Shown: positions 41,337 to 52,404, counted from the first letter of the stretch. The stretch is DNA of 64,000 nt from Gemmatimonadota bacterium (GCA_963666735.1 OY762926.1:128001-192000), one strand, 5' to 3'. A program made the numbers and translations. The notes: generated from the letters alone by a model not told the origin.

Positions 41337-41514
41337 CCTCCTCGTTTTCCCAGAACTCGAAGCTGCGCTCCGAACCCTTCAACCACGGAACGTCCGCCGC
41401 AAGCCGTTTCAACTCGCTCTCGGAGAAGACTTGGTAGACCTCGCCGGGTGCCGGGCTCTCCACCTCCTCCAGGGGCGCGAACACCCCGTCCCTGTATTCA
41501 GCCTTGATGCTCAT
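41314..41514 (-). CDS. Antitoxin (DUF104/AF2212-like)
   Basis: IKAEYRDGVFAPLEEV N-terminus; FEFWENEEDAVYDSL tail; overlaps the toxin start. Confidence 0.8.
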   Translation of the reverse strand: MSIKAEYRDGVFAPLEEVESPAPGEVYQVFSESELKRLAADVPWLKGSERSFEFWENEEDAVYDSL

Positions 41515-41624
41515 GGTTCATTGACTCTACCGGATAACCGGCGCGGGCGCTACTTCGCGCCGGATCGCGAGAGAGTGCGGCATGAGGGAGCGACACGCCA
41601 AGTCGCCACGCCTTCGCATGGCCA

Positions 41625-42849
41625 CTAGTGTCATGTCACACATCATACGTCGGATAGAGGCGCTTGAGCTTGATGCGGGCGTCGTCCGTGGTGAACTGCC
41701 AGTCGACCTTGGCTCGGATCCGGTCCCTGGCCGCCTGCCAAGCGGCGACTTCGGCGCGCAGGGTGTCGGTGGAGTCGATGCGGCGGTTGAGGCACTGGCG
41801 GATCATGACGTTGAGTTCGACCTCGGCGACGTTCAGCCAGCTGCCGTGCTTGGGAGTGTAGACGAACTCGAAGCGATCCCAAAGCGCCTTGGCCTCTGCG
41901 GGTTCGAAGGTCTCGTAGAGCGCGCCGGGGCGGTGCGTGTTGAGGTTGTCCATCACCAAGGTGATCCGGGTGGCGCCGGGGTACTGCGCGGCGATGTCGC
42001 GCAGAAAGCGGGCCCAGTCGGTCTTGGTTCTGCGCTCGGTCACCTTGGTGTTGCGCCGGCCGGCCAGCGGCTCGGTGGCCATGAACACGTTGCAGGTTCC
42101 GAGGCGCCGGTACTCGTAGTCCTCGCGCGCCGCCCGTCCCGGTGCCGCAGGGACGGGCGTGCGCGTCTCGCCGATCAGCTGGCGCGGCGTCTCGTCCATG
42201 CACACGACGGGGAAGTTCGGATCGTACGGACGCCGGTAGATGTCGAGCACCCGCTCCATCCCGGCCGCGAAGTCGGCGTTGCGCCGCGGCGGGATCACCC
42301 AGCCGACGCGCCGCCAGGGTTTGATGGCGTTTTTTCTAGCACCCGCCGCACCGTCTCGTGCGAAACGCTGTCGATGTAGCCGAGCTCCACCGCCTTGTCC
42401 GCCAGCAGGCGCAGCGACCACTGAGCGCGCCCCTCGGGCGGATCGCCGCAGCTGAGCGCGACGAGGCGCGCCTCGAATTCGCCGTCCGCCTTGCGAAGAT
42501 ACTTCGCGCGACGACCCTGCCGAGCCCCGAGCGCCGCCTCCAGACCGTCCTCCACAAACCGCTTCCTGACCCGGTCCACCCTGCGCGCGCTGATCCGCAA
42601 CACCCCGGCGATCTCCCTGCCGGTCGTCCGCCGATCGTTGAACTCGCCCTCGTCGCAATTGAGCAGAACCAGCGCGTTGACCACCCTCTGGGAACGATGC
42701 GACCCCTTGCGCGTGATCGCCCCCAACGCCTCGCGCTCCCCCGCCTCCAACTCCACCAGATACCGTTTCATGCCAGCCTCCCCGCCATTGTGGACTGGCA
42801 TGAAACCTAACACGATCCTTACGACATATCACGTGTGACATGACACTAG
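41625..42849 (-). mobile_element. IS630-family element (copy 2)
   Basis: Same CTAGTGTCATGTCACA inverted ends; closely similar to copy 1. Confidence 0.93.
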
Positions 42850-42898
42850 TTTGATTCCGCTTCTCCGCCCTCCGCCGACCCGGAACCGCATCTCTCAC

Positions 42899-43278
42899 AT
42901 GCTCAACCACCTCGAACCTCGCCGCGTCACCGTCGGAGACCGCCGGGCCAAGCTCTATCTCGGACGCGGCCCGCTCGCGCTCGAAGTCGTCGTGGTCGCG
43001 TTGGACGGGCGGCCCCGGATCGCGGATCTCAGGGCGATGTTCCGGGCGCCGCGCCGCGCCGGTGCTGATCGTGGCGCCTTGGGGCGCGGGACGGGCGGCG
43101 GTGTGCGGCCCGACCGAGCACAACCCGGTGGAGCAGCGGGACCTGCCGGTCGAGCAAGTCGAGGCCGTATGCGGCAAGGCACTGGAGGCAGCCGGACCGC
43201 ACACCGCGATCCGGCTTCTTCATCGGCTGCTTCCCCGCGCTGGACGCGCCGATCCCAGGCCTCCGCAACGACGGCCTC
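42899..43278 (+). pseudogene. Frameshifted N-terminal fragment resembling large N6-methyltransferase/R-M fusion proteins
   Basis: Across frames: LEVVVV...RAPVLIV...AVCGPT...QVEAVCGKAL...PIPGLRNDGL; family from recall. Confidence 0.45.
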
Positions 43279-43311
43279 TACACAAGGCCGGGGTGTGAAC
43301 CCCGGCGACAC
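43275..43311 (-). CRISPR. Solitary type I-G-like repeat
   Basis: GTGTCGCCGGGGTTCACACCCCGGCCTTGTGTAGAGG; 24 of the first 28 nt match the array repeat, with stem pairing preserved. Confidence 0.7.
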
Positions 43312-43405
43312 GCGCCGTCACTCCCTGCAATCCCACATGCGAGTCGAGCACCTGAACAAACGTGATCAAAGCCGCTTAACGCGGTGGCTCGGTGAGGCAA
43401 GTCGC

Positions 43406-44100
43406 TCACCCAGAGTTGGCTGGGTGTGCATCTTCGTCGTCGCCGTCTTGAAGCGTCTCTTGGTCGCGCCCTCGATCCCCAAGCCCCTCATCAGCCGCCC
43501 CGCGCGCCTCTGGCCCCACCCGCCCTCGGCCCCGAGCGCCGCGTGGACCCGCGGACCGCCGTACGTCTCGCCACTTCCGGTCCAGATCGACCCGACCCGC
43601 GCGTCGATCTCCGCGTCCCGTCGCGCGGGTGCCGAGGGAGGACGCTTGAGCCAGTCGTAGTAGCCGCTGGAGGAGGAGATCCAGCACCCGGCACATGGCC
43701 CGAAGCGGAAACTCGGCCCGGTGCGTCTTCATGAACGCGTACCCCCGTTGGGGATCGGTCCGCTCTCCCGCGCGAACCAGGCTGCCGACTTTTCTTAGGA
43801 TGTCACGCTCCATCCGGAGCCGCTTGTTCTCCCGCTTCAGGCGCGACATCTCTCGCCGCGTCTCGGCCGTCAGACCGTCGCTCCGCTCCCCCTCGTCCAG
43901 CTCCGCCTGTCTGACCCAGTCCGGATCGTCTGCTCCGAGGGCTCGAACTCCCGAGCCAGCGACCCCGGGCTACGACCCCCGCGCAAGCTCGACAAGCCGT
44001 TCCCGGTACTCCGGCGGGTACCGCCCCGCTCTTGCCGCCACGACACACCTCCTTGGTTGGCCCAATGGAGACGTGTCCATGAAGACGGGGCAACTCCAAC
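43406..44100 (-). pseudogene. Degraded IS3-family element
   Basis: YPPEYRERLVELA, LAREFEPSEQTIR, RLKRENKRLRMERDIL, FPLRAMCRVL, TYGGPR; several frameshifts. Confidence 0.85.
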
Positions 44101-44401
44101 ATACGAAAGTACTTGGCCCAACTGCCACCAACTCGGTCCTGAATCCCGCTTGCCCACCTGGGGGCGTCCACATTACGAACGGTTACCGGCGAAACGCGGA
44201 ACCTGCCGGTTAACGAACCGATCGGTGCCTACGACCCCGCAGTCTGCCCTGCTCGGTAGCGATACCCATCTGCTTGTGTGATACATCTGCGGTCGATAAC
44301 GTTCGACCACATTGAGCGGAGGGTTCACGAGTGATCGGGTCACGCTGGCAAGGTGAGCATCCCCAGTCGAGACGACACCAAGCTAGCCCCAAGAGGACGT
44401 A

Positions 44402-44707
44402 GTGAGCATCTACCCTCCCGGTTTGGCGGAGATCCTCGACGGCTTGGACGAGCGGTGCGAAGGACTGGCCCGTGAGCACGAGCAAGGTTCCTGCGATGGC
44501 CCGCATGACCCAGTGACTTGGCAGCAGATCAACGACAAGTTCGTCGAGGCCGTGGCAACCGTCATGATGGAAGCGCGCCGTGATGTTTTTTGTTATTTCG
44601 GGACGCATGACTGGGAACCGCGCTACATGCTCGGTCGACTCCATGATCTGCTGAACGTTGATCCCTCCACATATGCGAAGGCGGCGGTAAAGCGGATTTG
44701 GCCCTAG
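44402..44707 (+). CDS. Hypothetical protein (101 aa)
   Basis: AGAGG RBS, GTG start, protein-like composition; no family recognised. Confidence 0.5.
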   Translation: MSIYPPGLAEILDGLDERCEGLAREHEQGSCDGPHDPVTWQQINDKFVEAVATVMMEARRDVFCYFGTHDWEPRYMLGRLHDLLNVDPSTYAKAAVKRIWP

Positions 44708-44850
44708 CAGGCCTTCGGTCATCTCGTCGCCTCAGAGAGGGGAGCCCGGTTCCCGGTTGTGTCCTCCGGCGATGCCCTCCAGCCGCATTCACGGCCGCTT
44801 CGAACGACGCAAACGACGCTGTGAGCCCGATGGGCCGACGGGCTGGCCCG

Positions 44851-46342
44851 AGTGTTTTCCAATACGGAGATGAGCCTGAACGCGGAGTGGTGAGCCGGGC
44901 CCGCGGGGCCGTTGGCGTTGGGCTCTCTCCCGGATAATCCTCGCTGGAGGGAGAGTCGCGCAACGGGGGCCGGGGGGAGCGGACACGGGGACTCAGGCGA
45001 CCGATACGGCGGGGGCGAGAGAGCGGAAGAGGTCGCGGCGGGCCTCGCGGACGGTCCTGGCGGCCTGGAGGCCGGGGGTGGCCGAGGCGACGCGGTCGAG
45101 CGCCTCGAAGGTGACGCCCTCGCGGAGAAAGCTCTCCGCGTCGTCGAGAGACTTGAGCTTCTCGTAGGGGGTGGCGACGTCCTGTTGGCGGTAGCGCTTC
45201 TTGATGCGGCCGCGGGGACCCTCGACCTCGGAGGGGAAGAGGCAGGGCCGGTGGAAGTTGAGGAAGGGGCAGAGGTGGTCGCGGAGGAAGTCGTTGACGG
45301 CGGGGGCGCACCCGGCGGGGATGTGTGCGCGTCCGAGCCACTTGCGGACGATGGCTCCGTTCTTGGACTCGACGAGCGCGTTGTCGTTGGAGTGACGCGG
45401 GCGGGACTTGGTGAACTGGCCGATGTGCAGTTTGTTGAGCATGTCGGCGACGTGGTGGTTGACGTACTCCGAGCCGTTGTCGGCGTGGAAGGCCCGGACT
45501 TGGAAGGGGAAGGCGGTGAGGAGGTCTTCGAGGACGGGGAGCATGAAGATCTCGGTGATGCGGGAGACGGAGCCGATGTGCTCGAACTGGGTGACCTGGT
45601 CGACGACGTTGAGGACGTAGAGGCCCTTTACGCCGTTGAGGTCCCCCTGGTGGACGGTGTCGACGCGGACGAAGCCGGGGCGGCCGTCGGGATCGGGCTT
45701 GCGGCGGACGCCGATGGAGACTTGGACGGGGCGGGTCTTGTCGAGGGAGAGGGCTCCCAGACGGTAGTCCCGCCGCTTGCGGAGGTTGTGGATGTGGCCG
45801 TTGGAGATGTGCGCGAGGCGCTCGAAGCGCCCGTCGCCGCGGACCTCGTACTGGCGGCGGAGGACCTCCTTGGTGGCGGGTCCGGAGAGGCGGCCGTAGG
45901 CGGCGTCGACCTCGGCCGGGAGGGCGGCGTCGCCGGGCGTGTAGCGCCGCTGGAAGGCGTTGGCCGGGGGCTTCCCGCGCCGGTCGCGGATGTGGCCGGT
46001 CCTCTTGTGCTGGGCGATGAGCCGGGTGAGCTGCGCTCTCGAGAGGCCGGTCACCTTGGCCAGATAGGCCTTGACGAGGCCCTTGTCTCGCTTGCCGAGG
46101 CGGTGGTGGCGGAGCCTCTCCAGCGACCGTCTCACGAAAACGTAGGCCGAGTCCCGGTCGTTGAGGGTGAAATCCACCGGCTCGCTGCCCTCGAGGAAGG
46201 CGCGAACCTCATGAAGCGTCCGAATCCGTTCGGTGCGAAGCGTCACGATCATGCCTCCATGATCTCATCGCCCCGCGCCTCAGGCTCACATGCCGGTGGA
46301 AACCCGTCCCTCGTTCAGGCTCATGTCCCGTTGGACAAGACT
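44851..46342 (-). mobile_element. IS481/ISNCY-like element with rve transposase (CDS 46252-44993)
   Basis: IRs containing CGTTCAGGCTCAT...TTGGA...ACT; GCCCG 5-bp duplication; RVDTVHQG, HADNGSEY, NDNALVESKN. Confidence 0.85.
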
Positions 46343-47484
46343 GCCCGTGTCGAGGGGGGGAGGAGGGCGCTATTTTGGCAGGGAAGCCGTGAATCATGTT
46401 CTGGACTCGAGATGGCGTGTGGAGACGACGGCTCAAGTCGGTAGCGGTTCTGTTGGCCGTCGCAGCAGCGGCCTACATAGGTGGAAGGGCATCCGGGGGC
46501 GGCGCCGATACGTTGCGAATCCGGCGATCTTCCACCTGGACCCCACCTTCTCCGCTGGACAGCTCGGAATGCCGGACACCCTCCTGGTCCCGAACGGTCT
46601 GGCAGCCTTCGTCGAAACGGACAACTTCTGCACCCACGGCCATAACCGTGAGGAAAGGGTCCGGTTGAGTCTCGGCCGCCGCAGCGAGGTGCGCGTCCCG
46701 GAGCAGGGCCATGGATCATTGACTCAGATCGCCTCGCGTCTTCAAGTTGGTCGAGACACTCGCAGTGGTCGGCGTGCCGGCGGCCGTGCCAGCAGCGGGC
46801 ACAAGAGGTCATCGACCTACCTTCGGAGCGTCGCCATTTGAATCCGGCGTTGGACCCGGTGCCGTTGCAGGTATCGAGTTGCTTTTAGGCGTCCAGATTG
46901 AGGTGTTCGATGTTCGCCATCAGCTTGGCTGCTGGCCGGAGATGAGCCCCGAAAGAGGCTTCGGGTTCGAGCGATGGCGCGGGGACGGTTAGCGTCTTGG
47001 GGAAGTGCCGATGCGGGCGACGCCGCTCGCAACCGCAGGGGTGTGCGACGGCTTTGCAGCCGCTCCTCATCTGGTCTTCCACGCGGCGGCGGGGTTCGGC
47101 GATGTCTCGGAATGGCGAGGGGCTCCACTCGGGCAGCTTTGGCGGCCTTGATCCCCGAGGTGCGGTCGGTCTCGTCGAGTGGTTGACCCCCGTGTTTCGA
47201 TGCCTCGTGCAGACACCGTGGAGGACTGGCATGCGCAACAACCCCATGCCGCGCTCCGCCGACCTCACTCCCGGTCACCAATCCCTCGCGTGAAAGCCTT
47301 AGGCGGGTGCCCGTCGGCAGTGGTTTCGCCTGGGGTCGGTGAGAGCCTGAGCGAGGAGCCTGAAGGGCGGAGTCCAGAAAGCGAGGCCTTGACTAGTGAA
47401 GCTATCGTTGGAGACCCTGTCGTTGCTTCGGCAGAGGATGGAATCCAGCTTGGACACGTCTCGCGTCCTTCTGCGGCGGTCGTC

Positions 47485-49567
47485 GTGATCATCACGAGCA
47501 CGTATCTGTCCACCACTCGCGGTCGCTACAGGTACCTCTTCTTCCTACTCCTCAAAGACTATGATCAAGAACAACGGGAGTTCTCGAACGCTCTGAGGGC
47601 AAGCTTGGAGCGCTTCGCACGTCAACTGCAGAGTGAAGGCGCGCTCATACGACCATTCACAGGCGACGTTGAGGCGACTCGAAGGCAGGTTCTTGACAGG
47701 CGCTGGACTCGATCCGCGAAGCAGGAGATCAAGAGCACACCAAGCCTGCTGATGATCAACCGCGACTTCGACACATTCGACCCTAGCAGGCCGTGGAAGA
47801 AGTGGTCGCCGACGCGGGCGACTGTGGAAGCGGAAAGTGGCGGATGATTCGGGTGCTGTTATGCAAAAGGCGGCCCGGGGGGCGGCGAAGGCCGCGATTC
47901 GCGCCCCGGAGGCCGAGAATGCGCCCGATTCGGCCGAAGATGGCGGCAAAACCGCGTGCGGAGGCGTCCGCGAGGGCCGCGGTCGATGCCGCGAGGCCCT
48001 GCAGGCCGCGCGGGGTGCCGAAGCCGAAGCGGCCGCGCATCGCCAAGGAGAGGTTGAAGGCGGCGGCGTGAACGAGCATCCGTTTTCGGATCTCCTCCTG
48101 CCCGCGGACGTGAACGCGGCGCATTCCTCCGCTGCCGAGCAGGTGCGCGAAAGTCCGTTCCAGCTTCTCCCCGCGCTGGCGCTGTAACCGCTTCCCCCGC
48201 TCGCCGCGGATCCGGCGGCGGTTGCCGTACACGGCCTTCTGCGCGTCCCGCTTGCCCTTCCACTTCCGGCGGCCCCGGTTCGGCTCGCTGACATAGCTCC
48301 GCAGTCCCCGCTCCCTCACGCCCGTCATGGTCGCGTTCGAGTGGTAGCCCTTGTCGGCCACCACCTCCCTCGCCTCCGCGCCCGCCTCCGCCAGCCGCCG
48401 CTCCGTCTCGTCCAGCGTCACCGGCAGCGACGCGCAGTCGCCGCCGTCCATCGTCTGCACCGTCACGGCGACCACCGCGCCGGTCTCCATGTCGACCGCC
48501 TGCTCGAGCTTGTGCGCCAGGCGCGTGCGGCCGTCCTTCATCTTCGCGATCCGCGCCTCCGGGTCGTGCGGATGCTTCCAGTCCTTGTTCGACCCCTTCC
48601 CCGGACGCTTGCGGTCCAGCTTCGCAAGGTCGGCCCGCGTCGGCGTCTCGATCCCCGACGCCTTCGCCAGCTGTTCGAGCCACGCGTCGTACTCCGTCTC
48701 GTCGTCACGCCGCACGATCGCGCGCAGCGCCGCGTTCGCCTCCAGCGTCGTCGAGTCCACCCCCACCGTCCCGCCCCGCAGCAGCCCCGACTCCCGCAGC
48801 ACCTCCAGCACCCAGCCGAACACCGCCCCGTGCGCCTCCACGCTCAGACGCTTGCGCGTCTTCGACAGCGTGGAATGCTCCGGCGGCGTCTTCGCCAGAC
48901 CGTAGCCCAGGAACTCCCGCAGCGAGATCGAGTCCCGGCAACGCCACGCGATCCCCCGCTCCGAGCCGATCCCCTCCAGGTATCCCACCATCAGCATCCG
49001 GAAGTACACCCCCGGCGGAAGGCCCGGCCGGCCCATCCGCGCCGCGTAGAACTCCCGGCACGCCTCCTCGGCGAACTCGTCGAAGCCGCTCCCGCGCAGA
49101 AGCCTGTCCAACGCCGCGTAGAACGGGTTGTCCAGCGCACGCACCGCGCTCGCCGCAATGAACAGCTCCTCCTGACGCTCCCCCGGCATCCTGCCCACCG
49201 CCATCGCCAACCTCCCGTTGCCTTCTTGTCCCGCCCACAATCTAACCATCAACACCGGCGCGCGACATCGCGACTTTTTCCACGGGCTGCTAGGGAGCAT
49301 CCGTGGCTCCACATCAAGATCCCGTTGCGTGGGCGCGAGGAGGAGGCTGGTCGGATGCTCGAGGATCTGGCGAGGCTGATCACCTCTGAGCCGGAGGAGG
49401 ATGTTTTTCGGCGAGCCCATCGGATCGTGCGCAGGGCAAGTCTGGACCTCGGCAGGATTGTGGAGATCAGGCCCAGCGTCTTCGGAGTCAGCCTGAACTC
49501 TGAGGGCCTCAGAGACTTTGTACAGCAGGTCGTCGGTTCGAGGCGGGGTCGAAGCGCCAACTACTGA
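47485..49567 (+). pseudogene. Hypothetical protein interrupted by IS1182 (~47485-47786 + 49294-49567); start uncertain
   Basis: Removing the IS and one CTAG gives in-frame ...NRDFDTFDPREHPWLHIKI...EIRPSVFGVSLN...SANY*. Confidence 0.7.
47787..49289 (-). mobile_element. IS1182-family element (transposase 49204-47783)
   Basis: IRs CAGGCCGTGGAAGAAGT / CAGCCCGTGGAAAAAGT; CTAG duplication; GRPGLPP, VDSTTLEANA, ADKGYH. Confidence 0.88.
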
Positions 49568-49625
49568 TCGCCTGCCTGCCGATCTGGTTGAGGTTGTTTC
49601 CGATGTGAGCAACCCTGCTTGGTGC
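49562..49625 (-). pseudogene. MobC C-terminal remnant
   Basis: VAHIGNNLNQIGRQAIS. Confidence 0.45.
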
Positions 49626-49699
49626 GCTCGCGCTCGACCGGGGCCCTGAATCACCTTTCGATCGTGTTCGAGGGCCGAATGCCCGTATGAGTGCGAGGG

Positions 49700-49727
49700 C
49701 CATTTACACAGAAAATCTGACAGTCCC
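49700..49727. mobile_element. IS256-like terminal inverted repeat remnant
   Basis: TTTACACAGAAAATCTGACAGTCCC resembles IS256 ends. Confidence 0.4.
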
Positions 49728-49751
49728 GTGCCTCCCCCTCGCCAGCCCCGG

Positions 49752-50090
49752 CGGCCACGCTCCCGAGCCACCACTCGGCCTGCGCGTTCAGGTCCGCGTC
49801 GCCGGCGAAGCTGCGGCCGTAGGCGAAGCTCTTGCGCACGTAGCCGATGGGGCGCTCGACCTTCCCCTTCGTCTTCGCCCGGGAGGGCCGGCAGGCCCTG
49901 GGCCGGAAGCCCCAGTGCGCGGCGAAGCGGAGGAACTCGGCGTTCTCGGTCACGCGGCCGCCCTCGCCCCTCAGATCCCGGATGATCACGCTCTTCATCT
50001 GGTCGAACAGGAGCTCCCGCGGCACGCCGCCGAAGTCCTGCTGCGGGTAGAACCGGAGCCACAACAGCCGCGAGTAGCCGACCGCGACCG
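49752..50090 (-). pseudogene. IS21 IstA internal fragment with deletion
   Basis: GYSRLLWLRFYPQQD joined to FGGVPRELLFDQMKSV...AKTKGKVERPIGYVR. Confidence 0.85.
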
Positions 50091-50632
50091 CGCCGTTGAT
50101 ATCCGTTCGATTAAGAATCAGCCCCTCGAAAGCTCGGAAAGTTGTCCCAAAACTCGGCATCGATCCCGAGACTTGCATGGTCGCAAGCGATTCAAGGGTC
50201 ACCGATCCCGTGGATCACTTGAGATGGTCATTCGTGCGGGCGATGGGACACCGTGAGACAGTTCCGGGCCGGGATCAGTCAGCTCGAAGAGGAGCGCATC
50301 CCACGCCCGATCAGCCGCCGCCGAAACCTCCGGAGCGGCCCCTGAGTCCGGGGGAGTTCGCCGTTCGGAGGCCTTAGACCGGGGTTTCGGGGCCGCCTCG
50401 GGGGCCGGGGAGGCCACGGAATCGCCCTCCGCAGCCGGAACCGGGTCGGATTCCGCGTCTCCCGCGCCGGGGGTCGGGTCCTCTCTTTCCCCAGCCCCCG
50501 GTCCCTCGAAGCGCTTAGACGCGCTCACAGCGCCCCCGCCGTCACCGCCAGCCACTCGCGGATGTTACCAAAGCGGAAGTCCCACGCCGGTCCCGGTCGA
50601 AGCCGGTCGATCCGCCATAGGGTCCCTCGGGG

Positions 50633-50821
50633 TCACGGAGTCCGCCGCCGTGTCTCGAACCCGTGCGCCGTGAGCACGGCCGCCGCTTCCTCGGGGCCGG
50701 ACACGTCCGCCTCCCGCTCGCGGCCGTCACCGTCGCGCCAGCGCACCCGCCGCACGTCCGGAGGGACAGCCACGGGGTAGAGCCTCGACAGCCCGCGAAC
50801 GTCCAGAGTTCCGCCCGTCAC
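50633..50821 (-). CDS. Small hypothetical protein, possibly prematurely stopped
   Basis: GTGA-coupled to the upstream ORF; same frame continues 35 codons past TGA 50633. Confidence 0.35.
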   Translation of the reverse strand: MTGGTLDVRGLSRLYPVAVPPDVRRVRWRDGDGREREADVSGPEEAAAVLTAHGFETRRRTP

Positions 50822-51510
50822 TGCCGGCATTCGTTGACCCGTAGGTATTCGTCGACGAATACGTCCAGCAGCCCACGAAGGGCTTCAAAACGGCCGCTAC
50901 CCTCTCTAATCCACGTGTTGAGGCTTCCGCTCGTTCCCGTCCGCGGGTCCTGAAACCCGTTCTTCCAAAATTCCAGCTTGAAGTCCCAGTCCCCGAAGCG
51001 GTCCCCGTAGAGGCGGCCCCCAAAGACGAAGAGACGGTCGGGGGCTTCCGGGTCATAGATTCTCGCGGCCCGCAACCGGCTTCGGACGGCGGTTTCGGTT
51101 TCGGCTTCAGTTTCGCCCCCGCCCGCCATGACGACGGTGAGATTCACCGCACAGCCGGTATACAGAACGAAGCGCGATCGGTCGCTGACATACTCCTGGG
51201 AAGCCACGGGCCGGGGGAGTAGTGACGCCACGGCAATGAGAACGAGCGGGAGGGTTCGCTTGCCGCCCGCCCGTGCGTAGCGCTCGCTGTTCCGCCGCTT
51301 CTTCCGCTCCCGAGCGCACCCGTCCCCGCAGGTCTTGGCCGCCGGGCCGCGCCGGTCGGGGATGGCGCTTTCGCACTCGGTAGAGGTCCGGGGTTCCACC
51401 GCCGCGCCGCTCAACTGGACGCCTCCCCCGTCCGGACTGTCGGGAGCCGCGCCGCGCCATCCCTCGATCAGCCCTTCCATCCGCGCCACGTCCAGGATCC
51501 CGCCCGTCAC
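50818..51510 (-). CDS. Hypothetical protein, paralog B, with N-terminal mosaic
   Basis: RTLPLVLIAVASLLP...AVRSRLRAARIYDPEA...FVDEYLRVNEC. Confidence 0.55.
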   Translation of the reverse strand: MTGGILDVARMEGLIEGWRGAAPDSPDGGGVQLSGAAVEPRTSTECESAIPDRRGPAAKTCGDGCARERKKRRNSERYARAGGKRTLPLVLIAVASLLPRPVASQEYVSDRSRFVLYTGCAVNLTVVMAGGGETEAETETAVRSRLRAARIYDPEAPDRLFVFGGRLYGDRFGDWDFKLEFWKNGFQDPRTGTSGSLNTWIREGSGRFEALRGLLDVFVDEYLRVNECRQ

Positions 51511-52010
51511 TGCCCGCATTCATTGACCCGTAGGTATTCGTCGATGAATGCGTCCATGTGCTGGGCCACCGATGCAAGGATGAAGCTCGCATCGCCTTGG
51601 CCGAGCGAGCCGCTATGCCACGTCCCGGCCGGGCCGCGACCGGCGGAAAGGTCGTATAGCCATTTGTAGAGTTCGATACTGTAGCTGTAGGGGGAAGTTC
51701 GACCGGTCCCCCCTAATACGTTCACGTTGATGTAGAGATAGGCGAGAGCCTCCGGGTCGTAGATGCGTGCGGCGCGCAACCGACTCCGAACGGCCGTAGT
51801 GATTCGCGATTTGGTAAGGCCGATCTCCCCAGCCGTATCGGGAAGACCTTCGACCACCAATCTCACTGCACAGCCGGTATCCAGGTGGAAGCGGTCCCGC
51901 TCGCTAACCTCCCGCTCGGCAGTTTGGGCAGCCACGGGGCCGGGGAGTAGTGCCGCTACGGCAATGAGAACGAGCGGGAGGGTTCGATCCACGCGTCCGC
52001 CGCCGCTCAA
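51507..52010 (-). CDS. Secreted hypothetical protein, paralog A
   Basis: RTLPLVLIAVAALLPGPVAAQ signal peptide; AVRSRLRAARIYDPEA; FIDEYLRVNEC. Confidence 0.65.
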   Translation of the reverse strand: MSGGGRVDRTLPLVLIAVAALLPGPVAAQTAEREVSERDRFHLDTGCAVRLVVEGLPDTAGEIGLTKSRITTAVRSRLRAARIYDPEALAYLYINVNVLGGTGRTSPYSYSIELYKWLYDLSAGRGPAGTWHSGSLGQGDASFILASVAQHMDAFIDEYLRVNECGQ

Positions 52011-52213
52011 CTGGACGCCTCTCCCCTCCGGACGTCGGGGGCCTCGCCGCGCCAACCCTCGATCAGCCCTTCCAGCCGCGCCAGCCGCGCCCGCAGGTCC
52101 CCCACCTCGCGAGACAGCGCGGCCACGTCGCCACGGATCCCCCGGAGCGCCCGAACCACGGTCACAAGGAGCGCCGCGCCTACGCCGATCACGGCCCACG
52201 CCTCGGGGGACAC
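52007..52213 (-). CDS. Small TM plus coiled-coil protein (68 aa)
   Basis: MSPEAWAVIGVGAALLVTVVRALRGIRGDVAALSREVGDLRARLARLEGLIEG. Confidence 0.6.
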   Translation of the reverse strand: MSPEAWAVIGVGAALLVTVVRALRGIRGDVAALSREVGDLRARLARLEGLIEGWRGEAPDVRRGEASS

Positions 52214-52404
52214 TTGCCGCTCGCCTTCCGCCGTGCGGCCCGCTCGCTCGATTCGAGCGCCCGCCGTTGGGCTTGTCTGCACCAATCGGCCGGGCTCATA
52301 AGCGCCCGTTCCGCCGCCCTCGCGATGCGAGCCCGGAAGCCCGCAGGAACCGCGATGGGTTGCCGCTCGAGGTATGACCCGCCACCACGCTGTCCGCTCG
52401 CCAC
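52189..52404 (-). CDS. Small ribbon-helix-helix-like protein
   Basis: QPIAVPAGFRARIARAAERALMSPADWCRQAQRRAL pattern. Confidence 0.45.
   Translation of the reverse strand: MASGQRGGGSYLERQPIAVPAGFRARIARAAERALMSPADWCRQAQRRALESSERAARRKASGKCPPRRGP

Noticed and set aside
46396..47340. ORFs between the IS481-like element and the IS1182-interrupted gene
   Set aside because: Fragmented frames with no recognisable family
50560..50630. tmRNA-like 5' end (GGCGGATCGACCGGCTTCGACCGGGA) on the minus strand
   Set aside because: No tag peptide or tRNA-like 3' end found; lies within a run of coupled small ORFs
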